The notes under the pieces: model-generated
The model's input: only the letters and a program-made list of their open reading frames with translations
What the model was told of the DNA's origin: nothing
Databases searched by the model: none
In this document: positions 38,974 to 48,185 of the stretch, piece after piece
How the letters are laid out: each line of letters opens with the position of its first letter
Numbering within the stretch: the stretch's first letter is position 1
NCBI GenBank assembly: GCA_000002435.2
Contig: CM018791.1
Strand: one strand, 5' to 3'
Length of the DNA: 64,000 nucleotides
From: Giardia intestinalis
Lineage: Eukaryota
Made by a program: the position numbers and the translations under genes

Positions 38974-41157
38974 ATGTCTTCACGGTTCACTGAGACGAGT
39001 CGGTATGCTAACGACCGAATTGACATTGCGTTTCGCGATGATGTTTCATTGGATGATCTTGAGGAGCATACCATGTCCCTCCGTATTGACGACGATCAGC
39101 ATGCAACTCTGGGGTCTTCAACAGAAGAGTTTTCTCAAGTGACTGTAATAGACCTCTCCAGCATCGAAGCTAAGCGCAGGAGCAGCCTGCTGAGCGACTT
39201 TAAAATTCTTCAAGATCTGCACACTCGGCATTTCCTTAAATACAAAGAGTTATATTTCGACAAGACAAATAGTACACTATATATAACGCACGAAAAGGTT
39301 CTCGACATGCCTTTTGAAAGCTATATGAACAGTAAGGTCCGAGAACATGGAGACATTCCAGAGCAGGACATCCTCATTACCCTTGTTCAGCTTCTTGCCA
39401 TGGCTCGGTACCTCTCATCTTTGAAGCTTAGCAACCCCGAATGGGTGCGGTACATCTTCCTGCCCGCACACATCTATGTCTCAGCGATGGGCATCCTAAC
39501 GTTTGACTACGCAGCATGTTTTGAAAAAGCCCTGGCAAAGACCATAAGTGAAGACGTATACGAATGTCTTGCCCCAGAGTTTCTTGTTGAGCCATGGGGC
39601 TCTTCTCTACGGACATATAACTTCGACATCACTGGGACTCTGTCCTCAGGAGTTCTCCGCGATAGTGACAGAACCACGCCCCAGGATCAGAGTGTCGTAT
39701 GCGCATACGACAACATCATAGACACATATAGTGCGCAGGGAGGTGGCTCGCTCTTACGAGGGTGGGAGAGGCTGCAGTCATTCGACGAGCGGTCGCTAGT
39801 GTGGTCCATTGGATATCTAGTCTTGAGCATGTGTATTTATAGCAGGCGTGAAGCCCAATGTCAGAGCTCTCAGGCACCCCAGGACATTGCGTCTATGAGT
39901 AGTCAATTGAAGGTAGATGGCATGACAGCCGATGAATCTATTCCATCCCTTGTAGCTATCGGTTTGATGGAGAAGGTGGAGGAAGATACTTTCGCCCAGA
40001 CGACTGCGAAGCACGGCCGCGATGGGGACGCAGTCACAGCCTTTCTTCAGCAACGAATAGAGGATGGAAAGCGTCACAGCTATCTAGCTGAGACAAGGTA
40101 TATAGAGCTAGACAATAGCGTACCGCAAGAGGTTTGCGCCATCCTTGACCAATATGACTTGCGTAGCGTGTATTCATTGGCACTCATTGACTTCATTGGA
40201 CGGGCGCTGAAGGCTAGTGTGGAGGTACGCCCCCTTGTGAGTACACTTATCTCTGAAGAAGTGTTCTTTAATGCTCTGTCCGACATAGCGCAATTCTTGG
40301 AGTACCGCGACTCTCACGGCAACACGCCTCTCCATTTTGCTTGTGCCTTTGGGTGTGATTCGTTTATTTATGATAAGAGGAACACGCTAGTATACGCTAA
40401 GATGGGCAACGATAACATGCAGTCCGGCTCAATGATAGCAGCGTACATGGGCCATACCAAATGTCTGGAGGAGGTGGTCAAATATGAGTATAATTGTCGT
40501 GATGGTTATGGGAGAACTGCGCTCATGCTGGCCGCGTCTCAGGGCCACGTGGAGTGTGTGCACCATTGCATCATGGAGGCTAAACAAGTTGATAACAGCA
40601 ACAAAACAGCAATGATATATGCGGCAGAAAACGGCCATTGGGAGGTGGTGGAGATTCTCGCGCCCTTTGAGTCAGGGCGCCGCCCGGACAATGGTGAGCC
40701 TGCCATCTGTGTTGTGGCTCGGAAGGGGTATGCACGCTGTCTACGAGGCCTGCTAGACACAGAGCAGGAGTTTTTGCCTGAGGTGCTGCGAATAATTACA
40801 TCGCACCCGGCTGCCCTTGGGTTGAAGGAGCTTTCTGATGAGGCCTTGGTGAAGAGTGCGTCCGGTAACATCGTTAAGAACACGAGCTCACCATATTATG
40901 GCGAGTCATTCCTTAAGCCCGAACATTGCAGCTTTGTAGAATTCAACCCTCGAGACACTGATGACGAGCGTGCAAGGAAAGTCCGGGGATTGTTTCTTAT
41001 TGTCAAGACCCACTGTCGAAGGGTGAAGCTGATGCACCAGTGGGAAACAGAAGAAGAGTTCGTTCAAAAGGTCCTGGACGGACGGAACGTAAAATACTCA
41101 GCAACAAATTCCAGTCAGAATCTTTCAGAAATATCCAGCATGTACATTTCGTTTTAG
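38974..41157 (+). CDS. NEK-like pseudokinase with C-terminal ankyrin repeats
   Basis: The N-terminal domain keeps the kinase scaffold but lacks catalytic residues: 'ARYLSSLKLSNPEWV' replaces HRDLKPEN and 'FDYAAC' replaces DFG, while 'LAPEFLVEPWG' (APE) and 'VWSIGYLVLSMC' are retained. Ankyrin repeats 'GNTPLHFACAFG', 'GRTALMLAASQGHVECV' and 'NKTAMIYAAENGHWEVVEIL'. Initiator 'ggaaaaaaATG'. Confidence 0.7.
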   Translation: MSSRFTETSRYANDRIDIAFRDDVSLDDLEEHTMSLRIDDDQHATLGSSTEEFSQVTVIDLSSIEAKRRSSLLSDFKILQDLHTRHFLKYKELYFDKTNSTLYITHEKVLDMPFESYMNSKVREHGDIPEQDILITLVQLLAMARYLSSLKLSNPEWVRYIFLPAHIYVSAMGILTFDYAACFEKALAKTISEDVYECLAPEFLVEPWGSSLRTYNFDITGTLSSGVLRDSDRTTPQDQSVVCAYDNIIDTYSAQGGGSLLRGWERLQSFDERSLVWSIGYLVLSMCIYSRREAQCQSSQAPQDIASMSSQLKVDGMTADESIPSLVAIGLMEKVEEDTFAQTTAKHGRDGDAVTAFLQQRIEDGKRHSYLAETRYIELDNSVPQEVCAILDQYDLRSVYSLALIDFIGRALKASVEVRPLVSTLISEEVFFNALSDIAQFLEYRDSHGNTPLHFACAFGCDSFIYDKRNTLVYAKMGNDNMQSGSMIAAYMGHTKCLEEVVKYEYNCRDGYGRTALMLAASQGHVECVHHCIMEAKQVDNSNKTAMIYAAENGHWEVVEILAPFESGRRPDNGEPAICVVARKGYARCLRGLLDTEQEFLPEVLRIITSHPAALGLKELSDEALVKSASGNIVKNTSSPYYGESFLKPEHCSFVEFNPRDTDDERARKVRGLFLIVKTHCRRVKLMHQWETEEEFVQKVLDGRNVKYSATNSSQNLSEISSMYISF

Positions 41158-41254
41158 CAGTGATAGAAGTGCAGTGGCTGGACTGAACAGAGACTCCCCA
41201 GTTTATGGTCTCTGAGTCACCACAAATTAAGCTTGCGCTTGGATTTATTTTTTA

Positions 41255-42556
41255 ATGATTTACCTGGACAACCAGGCCACTACGGCTATCGACCCCCGCG
41301 TGTTAGCTAAGATGGTCCCGTACATGACCACAAACTTTGCTAATGTTCACTCTACGCACCGTCTGGGGCGCTCTCTCCGAAAGGTTGTTGAGAAGGCCAG
41401 GGAGCAGGTTGCCGGGGCGATAGGTGCCGCGCCCGGGGAGATCATATTCACTAGCGGTGCAACAGAGTCTAATAATATTGCGCTCAAGGGGGTTTGTCAC
41501 TTCTACGGTGATGACAAGCCGCATCTAGCAATTTCCCGGATCGAGCACAAGTGTGTCCTTGAGTCCGCGCGGAAGCTGGAGTCAGAGGGATTTAAGCTTC
41601 ACTGGATAGATGTAGACGACGAGGGACTTGTCAAGTTGGACCAGCTCCAGGACCTCCTGAAGACCTACTACGACCCCGAGGAGGAGGAGTCGAAGGTGGC
41701 CATTGTGAGCATCATGGCTGCGAACAATGAGATTGGGACCATCCAGGATTTGGGGGCCATTGGTAAGGTCTGCGAGCAATACGAGACGCTGTTTCACACC
41801 GATGCAGCGCAGGCCCTCGGCAAGATACCTCTGGATGTGGTCAGAGACAAGATTGATCTGATGAGTCTCTCGGGGCACAAGATTTATGGGCCCAAAGGCG
41901 TGGGTGCCTTGTACATAAAGAGAACCGATGAAAAGAGAGTCCACCTGGACCCCGTGTTCAGCGGGGGCGGCCAAGAAGGTGGGATCCGTAGCGGAACTCT
42001 CCCAGTTTTCCTGGTGGTTGGTATGGGTGAGGCGGCAGAGCTTGCACAGAAGGAGATGAAGAAGGACGCCCTCCACTACAAGAGCCTCTTTGAGATTGCC
42101 AGGGAGAAGCTGCTCTCCCTTCCTTCTGTGAGGCTTAATGGGCCGTTTCCAGAGGACGCGATTCTAGCAGACAAGACAAAAGGCGCTCAAAAGTCTCAGA
42201 AGAAGGAGCCCTTCAGTAAGAAGCGCATTCTTAACAACATGAACATCAGCTTTTTCGGGGTAGAAGGGGAGTCTCTGATGCTTGGATTGGATGATGCCAT
42301 TTGCATGTCCAGCGGAAGCGCCTGCACGTCTCAGTCCCTCGAGCCCAGCCATGTTCTGTTTGCGCTAGGGCTGGACCCAGAGTTTGCTCATACGGCTGTG
42401 CGACTGGGGACATCACGATTTACTACGGAGGCAGAGTTCCGCCGGGCATGCGATCTCATAGCGAAGCAGGTCGCCCATCTCAGGGATCTTTCGCCTCTCT
42501 GGGAGATGACTCAGAAGGGGATCGATACAAAGAGCATAGAGTGGAAGCATGACTAG
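41255..42556 (+). CDS. iscS: Cysteine desulfurase IscS/NifS (class-V aminotransferase; mitosomal Fe-S cluster assembly)
   Basis: PLP-lysine motif 'SGHKIYGPKGVGALYI'. Active-site Cys loop 'SSGSACTS'. N-terminal 'YLDNQATTAIDPRVLAKMVPYM'. Initiator 'ttttttaATG'. Confidence 0.9.
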   Translation: MIYLDNQATTAIDPRVLAKMVPYMTTNFANVHSTHRLGRSLRKVVEKAREQVAGAIGAAPGEIIFTSGATESNNIALKGVCHFYGDDKPHLAISRIEHKCVLESARKLESEGFKLHWIDVDDEGLVKLDQLQDLLKTYYDPEEEESKVAIVSIMAANNEIGTIQDLGAIGKVCEQYETLFHTDAAQALGKIPLDVVRDKIDLMSLSGHKIYGPKGVGALYIKRTDEKRVHLDPVFSGGGQEGGIRSGTLPVFLVVGMGEAAELAQKEMKKDALHYKSLFEIAREKLLSLPSVRLNGPFPEDAILADKTKGAQKSQKKEPFSKKRILNNMNISFFGVEGESLMLGLDDAICMSSGSACTSQSLEPSHVLFALGLDPEFAHTAVRLGTSRFTTEAEFRRACDLIAKQVAHLRDLSPLWEMTQKGIDTKSIEWKHD

Positions 42557-42561
42557 CATGC

Positions 42562-43332
42562 TCACACCACTTCACCACCTTCATTGTCTGATTCATTGGC
42601 AAACGTAGCGAATCCCCTAATGGAGCCCAGTAAGCGAAACTTCGCCAGTGACGTCTCGTTGACCCCTAAAATCTGTCCGTGGTCAGTATCCTCGTTCATT
42701 AGAAGGCGGATTGTGTGGGAGCTCACCGTTTTCTTGCTGGAACCAAGCGCCCTGCGTTCATATTTGTTAAGATTGGACGCCAGCGCAGCCAGTTCCAGCT
42801 TTTCTACAGAGGGGGGTGAAGCAGCTGCGGATGTTGCGTCTTCGCATAGTAGGGGGTAGCAGCGATATGGCTGCAAGTCCATGGATAGCTCCAGTCGTAC
42901 AACCTCTCGGCTGAGCATCCGCATGTAGTCACCGGCCCCGACTGGTTTGTTGCCGGTCATGAGGGGGCTTGCGTATGAATAAATTGGAGCTTGGAGTAGG
43001 AAGACCCGCCTAGGGGAGGCTATCGATGAGCCAAAAATGAGCGCGACCGTCACGTAGAGGCGGGAGGTCCGCAACGTGGGGAGGAGCCTCTCCACTGTCT
43101 CTGCGAGGCGGCCTCTGCAGGAGCGCAAGGAAGCGTGAAACTGACGCATTTGCCGCCCGACAGCCCTATCGGTTGAAGGTATCTGCCCCGCCGCCTCCAG
43201 AGCTGGATCGATCAGGACAGGAACCTGGCCGGTCACATATAGCAGGTATGCTGTCAAGCTGGCAACCAGATCAGGATACACTTCCGCGGGTATCGCGTTT
43301 TTCAGGGGAAGGGTGCTTGTGTGCTGGTCCAT
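42562..43332 (-). CDS. Hypothetical protein (256 aa); tentative HORMA-like N-terminus
   Basis: The ORF-track start at 43401 is GTG; the first ATG is at 43332. The N-terminal 'PAEVYPDLVASLTAYLLYVTGQVP' weakly resembles the Mad2/Rev7 HORMA start 'SAEIVAEFFSFGINSILYQRGIYP'. I cannot confirm this. Confidence 0.45.
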   Translation of the reverse strand: MDQHTSTLPLKNAIPAEVYPDLVASLTAYLLYVTGQVPVLIDPALEAAGQIPSTDRAVGRQMRQFHASLRSCRGRLAETVERLLPTLRTSRLYVTVALIFGSSIASPRRVFLLQAPIYSYASPLMTGNKPVGAGDYMRMLSREVVRLELSMDLQPYRCYPLLCEDATSAAASPPSVEKLELAALASNLNKYERRALGSSKKTVSSHTIRLLMNEDTDHGQILGVNETSLAKFRLLGSIRGFATFANESDNEGGEVV

Positions 43333-43894
43333 GAAATAGAATAAACTCAGACAGAGCAGGATAGGGACAGGGACTAGGTTCCTTGCGCGGAGCAGCTGCA
43401 CGTGGCCAGGCTAGGATGGAGGGCAAGAGAAGGAGATGGCGTTACTTGTGAGAATCCTAACCGCAGCGCTCAAAATGCTATGTGTAAAGGGAAGGCCTAG
43501 CCATTCGTGTGGCACAGTCCTCGGACATCAGGATCCTCTGGAGCAACAGCCCATCCACATGTAAACTATGCTCGAGCTGTTCTATCACCACACAAAGTTT
43601 TTTGAGTAGTAGGTGTCCACGATTGAAAAGCGCGATGCCATATTTCTTCATAAATGCTATCACTGTACGGTGATAAAACGGGTATAATAGTGCGTGGTAA
43701 TGTCACAAGTGCTACATAGTTCTATGTTTACAGGAATATTTATTCGGAGCTTGGAAGTTTGTTACAATATTTATCGAAGCATTCCTCCGTCAGGTAGCTT
43801 AGCAGGGTTGGACTTAAGGATTGTGGTCTTGGTGATTCCGCTTAGCAGTGTATAGGCTTCCAATAAAGGAGTGTAATTTTATATAAAATCGCGG

Positions 43895-45943
43895 ATGATT
43901 AACACTTTGCTATATTTGAGCTTATCGTCAGCAGCTAACGTTGAGACGGAACCCCTGCGCAACTCGCCCTATCAGAACGGATTTGGGATAAGCTGTTCGT
44001 CGTCTGTAATGATAGCAGACTGCCAGCAGATGAAGTGTCTTCCCACGGGGCGGTACATTACGGTTTGCTCCTTGTGTAGGACAGGATTGGTCCCCATAAA
44101 TGGGGTGTGCGTCAATCAAACTACTGCGCATGACTACGGAGACATAAGTGTCTGTCAAAAGAATGATGAAACAAATCCCACCCATTGTATCTCTTGTTCG
44201 AAGAACGGGTCCTCCAATAATTATTTTCTCTTCTACGGAGGATGCTATCTTGCTACCCGGTGGCCTGGTAATAGCTATTGTCTGTCGGCATCTAATGGAG
44301 TTTGCACCAGTTGCAACACCAACGCCAAGATGGTCTTCACCAATCCTAACACTACCGCACAAGAGAAGTGCATCCTCTGCTCAGACAACATCGGCTTTGG
44401 TGGTTCAAAGGGTATCCAGGGCTGTGCGGATTGTATGAACAGAAACTCTGCTGGTTCCACGGACATTCAGTGCTTGCGCTGCAAGGCTTACGATACTGCG
44501 CCAATTGACGACGCGTGCATACCCTTTGGCCGGCACACCTGCGCAGATGGGCACTGCACTCGTTGTTACAAGACTCACATTTTCCATCTGGGCGGCTGCT
44601 TTACACGGGGAGGGCCGCGAGCAGAGGCTGTCTGTGCTAGCAACAACCAGTTTGAGATAGGCGACTATTCGGCATGCAAAGCCTGCGTCAACACCAGCGA
44701 GGCGCCAGACCAGGGGAACTGTAAAAAACACTCTGAGCAGAACAAGTGCACGAAGAGCTCGACTGGAAGTTGCTCAGATTGTCTTCATAGCAACCCCGGT
44801 TCAACGTTCCTATTCTATGGGGGCTGCTATGATGCGACTGATGTTCCCGGAAGGCTGATCTGCAGTACCTCAAGCGGAGGCTCTTGTACTAGTGTCGTTA
44901 ACAACTCAGGTGTATACTTGAACGGTAGGGCCTGCTACTTTTGTAATGACACAGCTAACGGTGGGATCTCCAACTGCCTCACTTGCTCTTATGAATCCAA
45001 CGCGGTGGTGTGTAGCAGATGTGGCTCTGGCACTGCTAGGTCGCTAGATGGAAGGGAGTGCCTTAGCGACTGCGTCTTTCCACTGAGAAAGTATTGCAGT
45101 AATGATGTTTGTATTTGTGAGTGCGAGGTAGGTCATTACCTCAGTGGTAACACCTGCTTAGCGTGCCACGAGTCCTGTGCCTTTTGTACAGGGCCATCGG
45201 CGGACCAGTGTGAGGCGTGTACGCAGGGCTGGCTTTGGCGGTACGATGAGAACAATCACTTGACCTGCGTTGGCGTTGACGGTTGCGGGGACGGGTTCTA
45301 TCCGGACGTGGCCGAGTCTGCCTGTATGCCGTGTGATATTAACAGGTGCAAGACATGTGTGAAGCAAAGCAACGTGCTCTGTACCGAGTGCTCTACTGGA
45401 TACATCTCACTGAATGAAACTGTGTGTGTTGATAGCTGCGCAGGAGAGTATATGGAACCTAGCGCCACGGGAGCCAGGCGCTGCATTTGCCAGGAGGGAT
45501 ATACAAAGAACGCCGACAGTTCCAGGTGTGTACCGGTGCATCCGTGCCCCTCCGATACCAGTGGGTGTAGCAGGTGCGACAGCGCTGGGTACTGCATGAA
45601 GTGCACGAACACTGATCATGTCATTCAGCTGGGCAGAAAGTCCTGCACTAGCGAGTGTCCTCTCAATTCGTCGCCCCTGTACGAATACATATGTGTGTGC
45701 AACGAGGGGTCTGTTCTAACCAATGGTACGTGTACTATCGTGCCCACCACGACCAGTGGGGTGCCGGTTACGACAATGATTATCGCAATTGCCGTTATCG
45801 TTATCGTCGTGATCGTGGGTGTTCTCGTTGGGGTTTTGTGCTGGTACTTCCTGCGCAATAAGAGAAAGCGGTCGATTCGTCCACGCACTGTCTCCAAAAT
45901 GTCCGAGAGTATGGGGCTCGTGGGCTCAGTTGACGACTTTTAA
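43895..45943 (+). CDS. High-cysteine membrane protein (HCMP/VSP-like): signal peptide, CXXC/EGF-like ectodomain, single C-terminal TM and a 34-aa cytoplasmic tail
   Basis: About 12% Cys, with many CxxC motifs and GGCY motifs ('FLFYGGCY' twice). C-terminal 'IIAIAVIVIVVIVGVLVGVLCWYFL' followed by 'RNKRKRSIRPRT...'. The tail is longer than the VSP CRGKA pentapeptide, so this is an HCMP rather than a VSP. Confidence 0.8.
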   Translation: MINTLLYLSLSSAANVETEPLRNSPYQNGFGISCSSSVMIADCQQMKCLPTGRYITVCSLCRTGLVPINGVCVNQTTAHDYGDISVCQKNDETNPTHCISCSKNGSSNNYFLFYGGCYLATRWPGNSYCLSASNGVCTSCNTNAKMVFTNPNTTAQEKCILCSDNIGFGGSKGIQGCADCMNRNSAGSTDIQCLRCKAYDTAPIDDACIPFGRHTCADGHCTRCYKTHIFHLGGCFTRGGPRAEAVCASNNQFEIGDYSACKACVNTSEAPDQGNCKKHSEQNKCTKSSTGSCSDCLHSNPGSTFLFYGGCYDATDVPGRLICSTSSGGSCTSVVNNSGVYLNGRACYFCNDTANGGISNCLTCSYESNAVVCSRCGSGTARSLDGRECLSDCVFPLRKYCSNDVCICECEVGHYLSGNTCLACHESCAFCTGPSADQCEACTQGWLWRYDENNHLTCVGVDGCGDGFYPDVAESACMPCDINRCKTCVKQSNVLCTECSTGYISLNETVCVDSCAGEYMEPSATGARRCICQEGYTKNADSSRCVPVHPCPSDTSGCSRCDSAGYCMKCTNTDHVIQLGRKSCTSECPLNSSPLYEYICVCNEGSVLTNGTCTIVPTTTSGVPVTTMIIAIAVIVIVVIVGVLVGVLCWYFLRNKRKRSIRPRTVSKMSESMGLVGSVDDF

Positions 45944-46244
45944 TTCTATTGTTCGTCTCTTTTTGTCTATGTAAATTAATCTCTGCGAGCCCAGACAGTA
46001 GTAGCAAGGGCTCGTCTAAAGGTCCTGTTGTCTGAGCATTGATCGGCCACATGTAATGCTGGATTTACTCGTCAGCTATCTGCCTCTGTGAAGTGTCAAG
46101 CTGAGTTGTAGCTAGTTGTAGATAAATAGGCTTCATATACCTAGCCGGTCGCTGCCTCAGAGCCTTTCCAAAAGGCCTCAAGAGAAAGACCTTCTCATTG
46201 ACAGGTACTGATAGAGCAAATCGTTTCTTACCGCGAAAGCAAAA

Positions 46245-46544
46245 ATGGATGATCTGGACGTCGATTTCAACATGATACCCGAGGATGCTAAGAACCTGAG
46301 CGCATGCTCAAAGTGTCACTACGTAATGGAGAACCGGCAGTGGCGCTCGATCGATGGATGTCCAAATTGTAAGGAAGAGCGCGACACCCTCCGATTCCAA
46401 GGTGCAGTCGCTCTTCTTACCATGAACGACAAAGATTCATACATTCTTAGGCTTCTCCGAGCTAATTACAACGCTGAGCCAAGGATACCGGGGATATACG
46501 CCATCACGCTAGTAAGGCGTGCGTCTGCCGAAGAAGACGAGTAA
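46245..46544 (+). CDS. SPT4: Transcription elongation factor Spt4 (small subunit of DSIF)
   Basis: 99 aa. C4 zinc finger 'ACSKCHYVMENRQWRSIDGCPNCKEE'. Conserved C-terminal half '...NYNAEPRIPGIYAITLV'. Initiator 'gcaaaaATG'. Confidence 0.7.
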   Translation: MDDLDVDFNMIPEDAKNLSACSKCHYVMENRQWRSIDGCPNCKEERDTLRFQGAVALLTMNDKDSYILRLLRANYNAEPRIPGIYAITLVRRASAEEDE

Positions 46545-46546
46545 AT
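46540..46546 (+). terminator. Putative polyadenylation signal AGTAAAT overlapping the SPT4 stop codon
   Basis: 'gacgAGTAAATgata'. The TAA stop (46542-46544) is embedded in the AGTRAAY signal. Confidence 0.5.
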
Positions 46547-46556
46547 GATAATCTGT

Positions 46557-47285
46557 TCACGTGCCGTGCTCTTGGTGATATTCCTCTATCTCTTGGTTCG
46601 TCAGTAAAGGAATGCTCGCCCCTCCAAGGGTCATTGAAAAAGACGAAAGGTCAATCATCGCCCTGTACATCGAGAGCGCGCTCATCCCAATAAGCGTGTC
46701 GCAGACAGAGTCCAGGACTGCAAAGTTCATCGGTAAGAAAATATCTCCACACTGCATCAGGCAAATGTGGATTCTTCCGAGCATCCGAGTCGAGCCCACC
46801 CCAATCGCGCGCCCCGCATAACGGGTATCTATGTGGCCCTCTAGCCCACACGCACGCGCTGTTTTGCGGCCCATGGAGTTGAACTCTGCGCCCGTGTCGA
46901 TAACGCAGACGACCGGAGTCCCATTGATGGAGACGCGGATGTACAGAGATGGAACCGCGTTGACTAGGAGTCCTGGATAGTACTTGTTGATCTCAATGAG
47001 GTCCTGGTACACCTGCTCCGGGACCCCCGTCTGTTCCTGGGAAGAGGTGTCCCCGGATATACTGTAGAGCAGTGTAGACTTTTCCGGGATGCTTGAAAGC
47101 ACGGTCTCATCCCGGAGAACGCGGCCCTTGAACCAGAGAGCTGCCCCGGGGCCCGGTGGCGCGAACCCGTACTCTGACGCCAGGTGTGCGAGCAGCTGCC
47201 CCGCGCGTGCCCGCACATCGACAAGGGCCTCCACAGCAACGTCTTCTGCGAGCCGGACGTGATAAAGGAGCGCGGGAGGGGCCAT
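46557..47285 (-). CDS. DDI1: Ddi1-like protein: N-terminal ubiquitin-like domain plus retropepsin-type aspartyl protease
   Basis: Protease signature 'VVCVIDTGAEFNSM' (D-T-G-A) plus 'LIGMSAL'. The ORF-track start at 47567 overlaps the peroxiredoxin gene in another frame; the first ATG at 47285 gives 'MAPPALLYHVRLAED...' with a ubiquitin-like fold. Confidence 0.75.
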   Translation of the reverse strand: MAPPALLYHVRLAEDVAVEALVDVRARAGQLLAHLASEYGFAPPGPGAALWFKGRVLRDETVLSSIPEKSTLLYSISGDTSSQEQTGVPEQVYQDLIEINKYYPGLLVNAVPSLYIRVSINGTPVVCVIDTGAEFNSMGRKTARACGLEGHIDTRYAGRAIGVGSTRMLGRIHICLMQCGDIFLPMNFAVLDSVCDTLIGMSALSMYRAMIDLSSFSMTLGGASIPLLTNQEIEEYHQEHGT

Positions 47286-47317
47286 GGCGGTGTCCGAAAA
47301 ATACGAAAGGGACAGAA

Positions 47318-47324
47318 ATTCACT
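47318..47324 (-). terminator. Putative polyadenylation signal AGTGAAT for the peroxiredoxin gene
   Basis: The minus strand reads 'TAAgtggtgtAGTGAATttc'. It lies 8 nt after the stop at 47332-47334. Confidence 0.5.
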
Positions 47325-47331
47325 ACACCAC

Positions 47332-47937
47332 TTACTTCTTGAACGTCTTGGAGAAGTACTCCTTCTTCTTCTCGGGGTCGGGGATGATAGTGTCGTTCTT
47401 CTCGGGGGTCCAGCCGCACGGGATGACGCCGCCGGTTTTATCAGCGTACTGGAAGGCCTGGACCAGGCGCATGGCCTCCTCCACCGAGCGACCCACTGGA
47501 AGATCGTTGATCGTGACGTGGCGAACGACGCCCTTGTCAGAGACGATGAACATCCCGCGGAGCGCAATGCCGGCGTCCTCGACCAGAACGCCGAAGTCGC
47601 GGGCCATCTTGTGGTTCGTGTCGGCGAAGAGGTCGCACTTGCACGTCCCGATGCCGCCCTCGTTCTGGCCCTGGAGGCACCAGGCGTAGTGGCTGTAGAC
47701 GGAGTCCGTCGAGCCGATGATGATCTCCGCGTTGCACTTCTTCTTCAGCTGCTCAGCCAGATTCGAGAAGTGGATGATCTCCGAGGGGCAGACGAAGGTG
47801 AAGTCGAGCGGGTAGAAGAAGACAATCAGGTACTTGCCCTTGTAGTCAGAGAGCTTGCGCTTGGCGAACTTAAGCTCAGGGGTGACGACGTCGACCTCGA
47901 AGTCGGGGCAGGGCGTGCCGGGGATGGGGACGGGCAT
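47332..47937 (-). CDS. Typical 2-Cys peroxiredoxin (thioredoxin peroxidase)
   Basis: Peroxidatic Cys motif 'FTFVCPSEI'. Resolving Cys 'VIPCGWTP'. The first ATG at 47937 is preceded by the initiator 'aaaaattaaaATG'. The ORF-track N-terminal extension (from 48030) is out of context. Confidence 0.9.
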   Translation of the reverse strand: MPVPIPGTPCPDFEVDVVTPELKFAKRKLSDYKGKYLIVFFYPLDFTFVCPSEIIHFSNLAEQLKKKCNAEIIIGSTDSVYSHYAWCLQGQNEGGIGTCKCDLFADTNHKMARDFGVLVEDAGIALRGMFIVSDKGVVRHVTINDLPVGRSVEEAMRLVQAFQYADKTGGVIPCGWTPEKNDTIIPDPEKKKEYFSKTFKK

Positions 47938-48185
47938 TTTAATTTTTACCGAGTCCTGTGATATATTGTAATAACCAGAACTCGAGCTTGTGGAAATAGA
48001 AAAAAGATGACACCACCGGCAGTCTGGCAAAAGTCTAAGACTTTGCTATCCAACAAATCACCAAAAGAAGGACACTCTTTTTGACTGATAGTTTTTTCAA
48101 ATGAGGAAGGAGGTTGGTCTGTGTGCGACTGCTCTCACTCTGCTGGCGACTTTCGTCCCAGTCTATAGCACATGTATTTTAAAAA

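Noticed and set aside
45944-46244. Possible C/D-box snoRNA in the HCMP-SPT4 intergenic region (TGATCG … CTGA elements)
   Set aside because: The boxes are non-canonical and I could find no convincing terminal stem by eye. A covariance-model search is needed before calling it.
46557-47567. The ORF-track 336-aa version of the Ddi1-like gene, extending 282 nt upstream
   Set aside because: The extension (MRSAGCSSSLTRAS…RRRRSTSPRRSRS) is low-complexity. It runs through the peroxiredoxin CDS in another frame. The first ATG at 47285 begins a clean ubiquitin-like domain, so I treat the extension as out-of-frame read-through.
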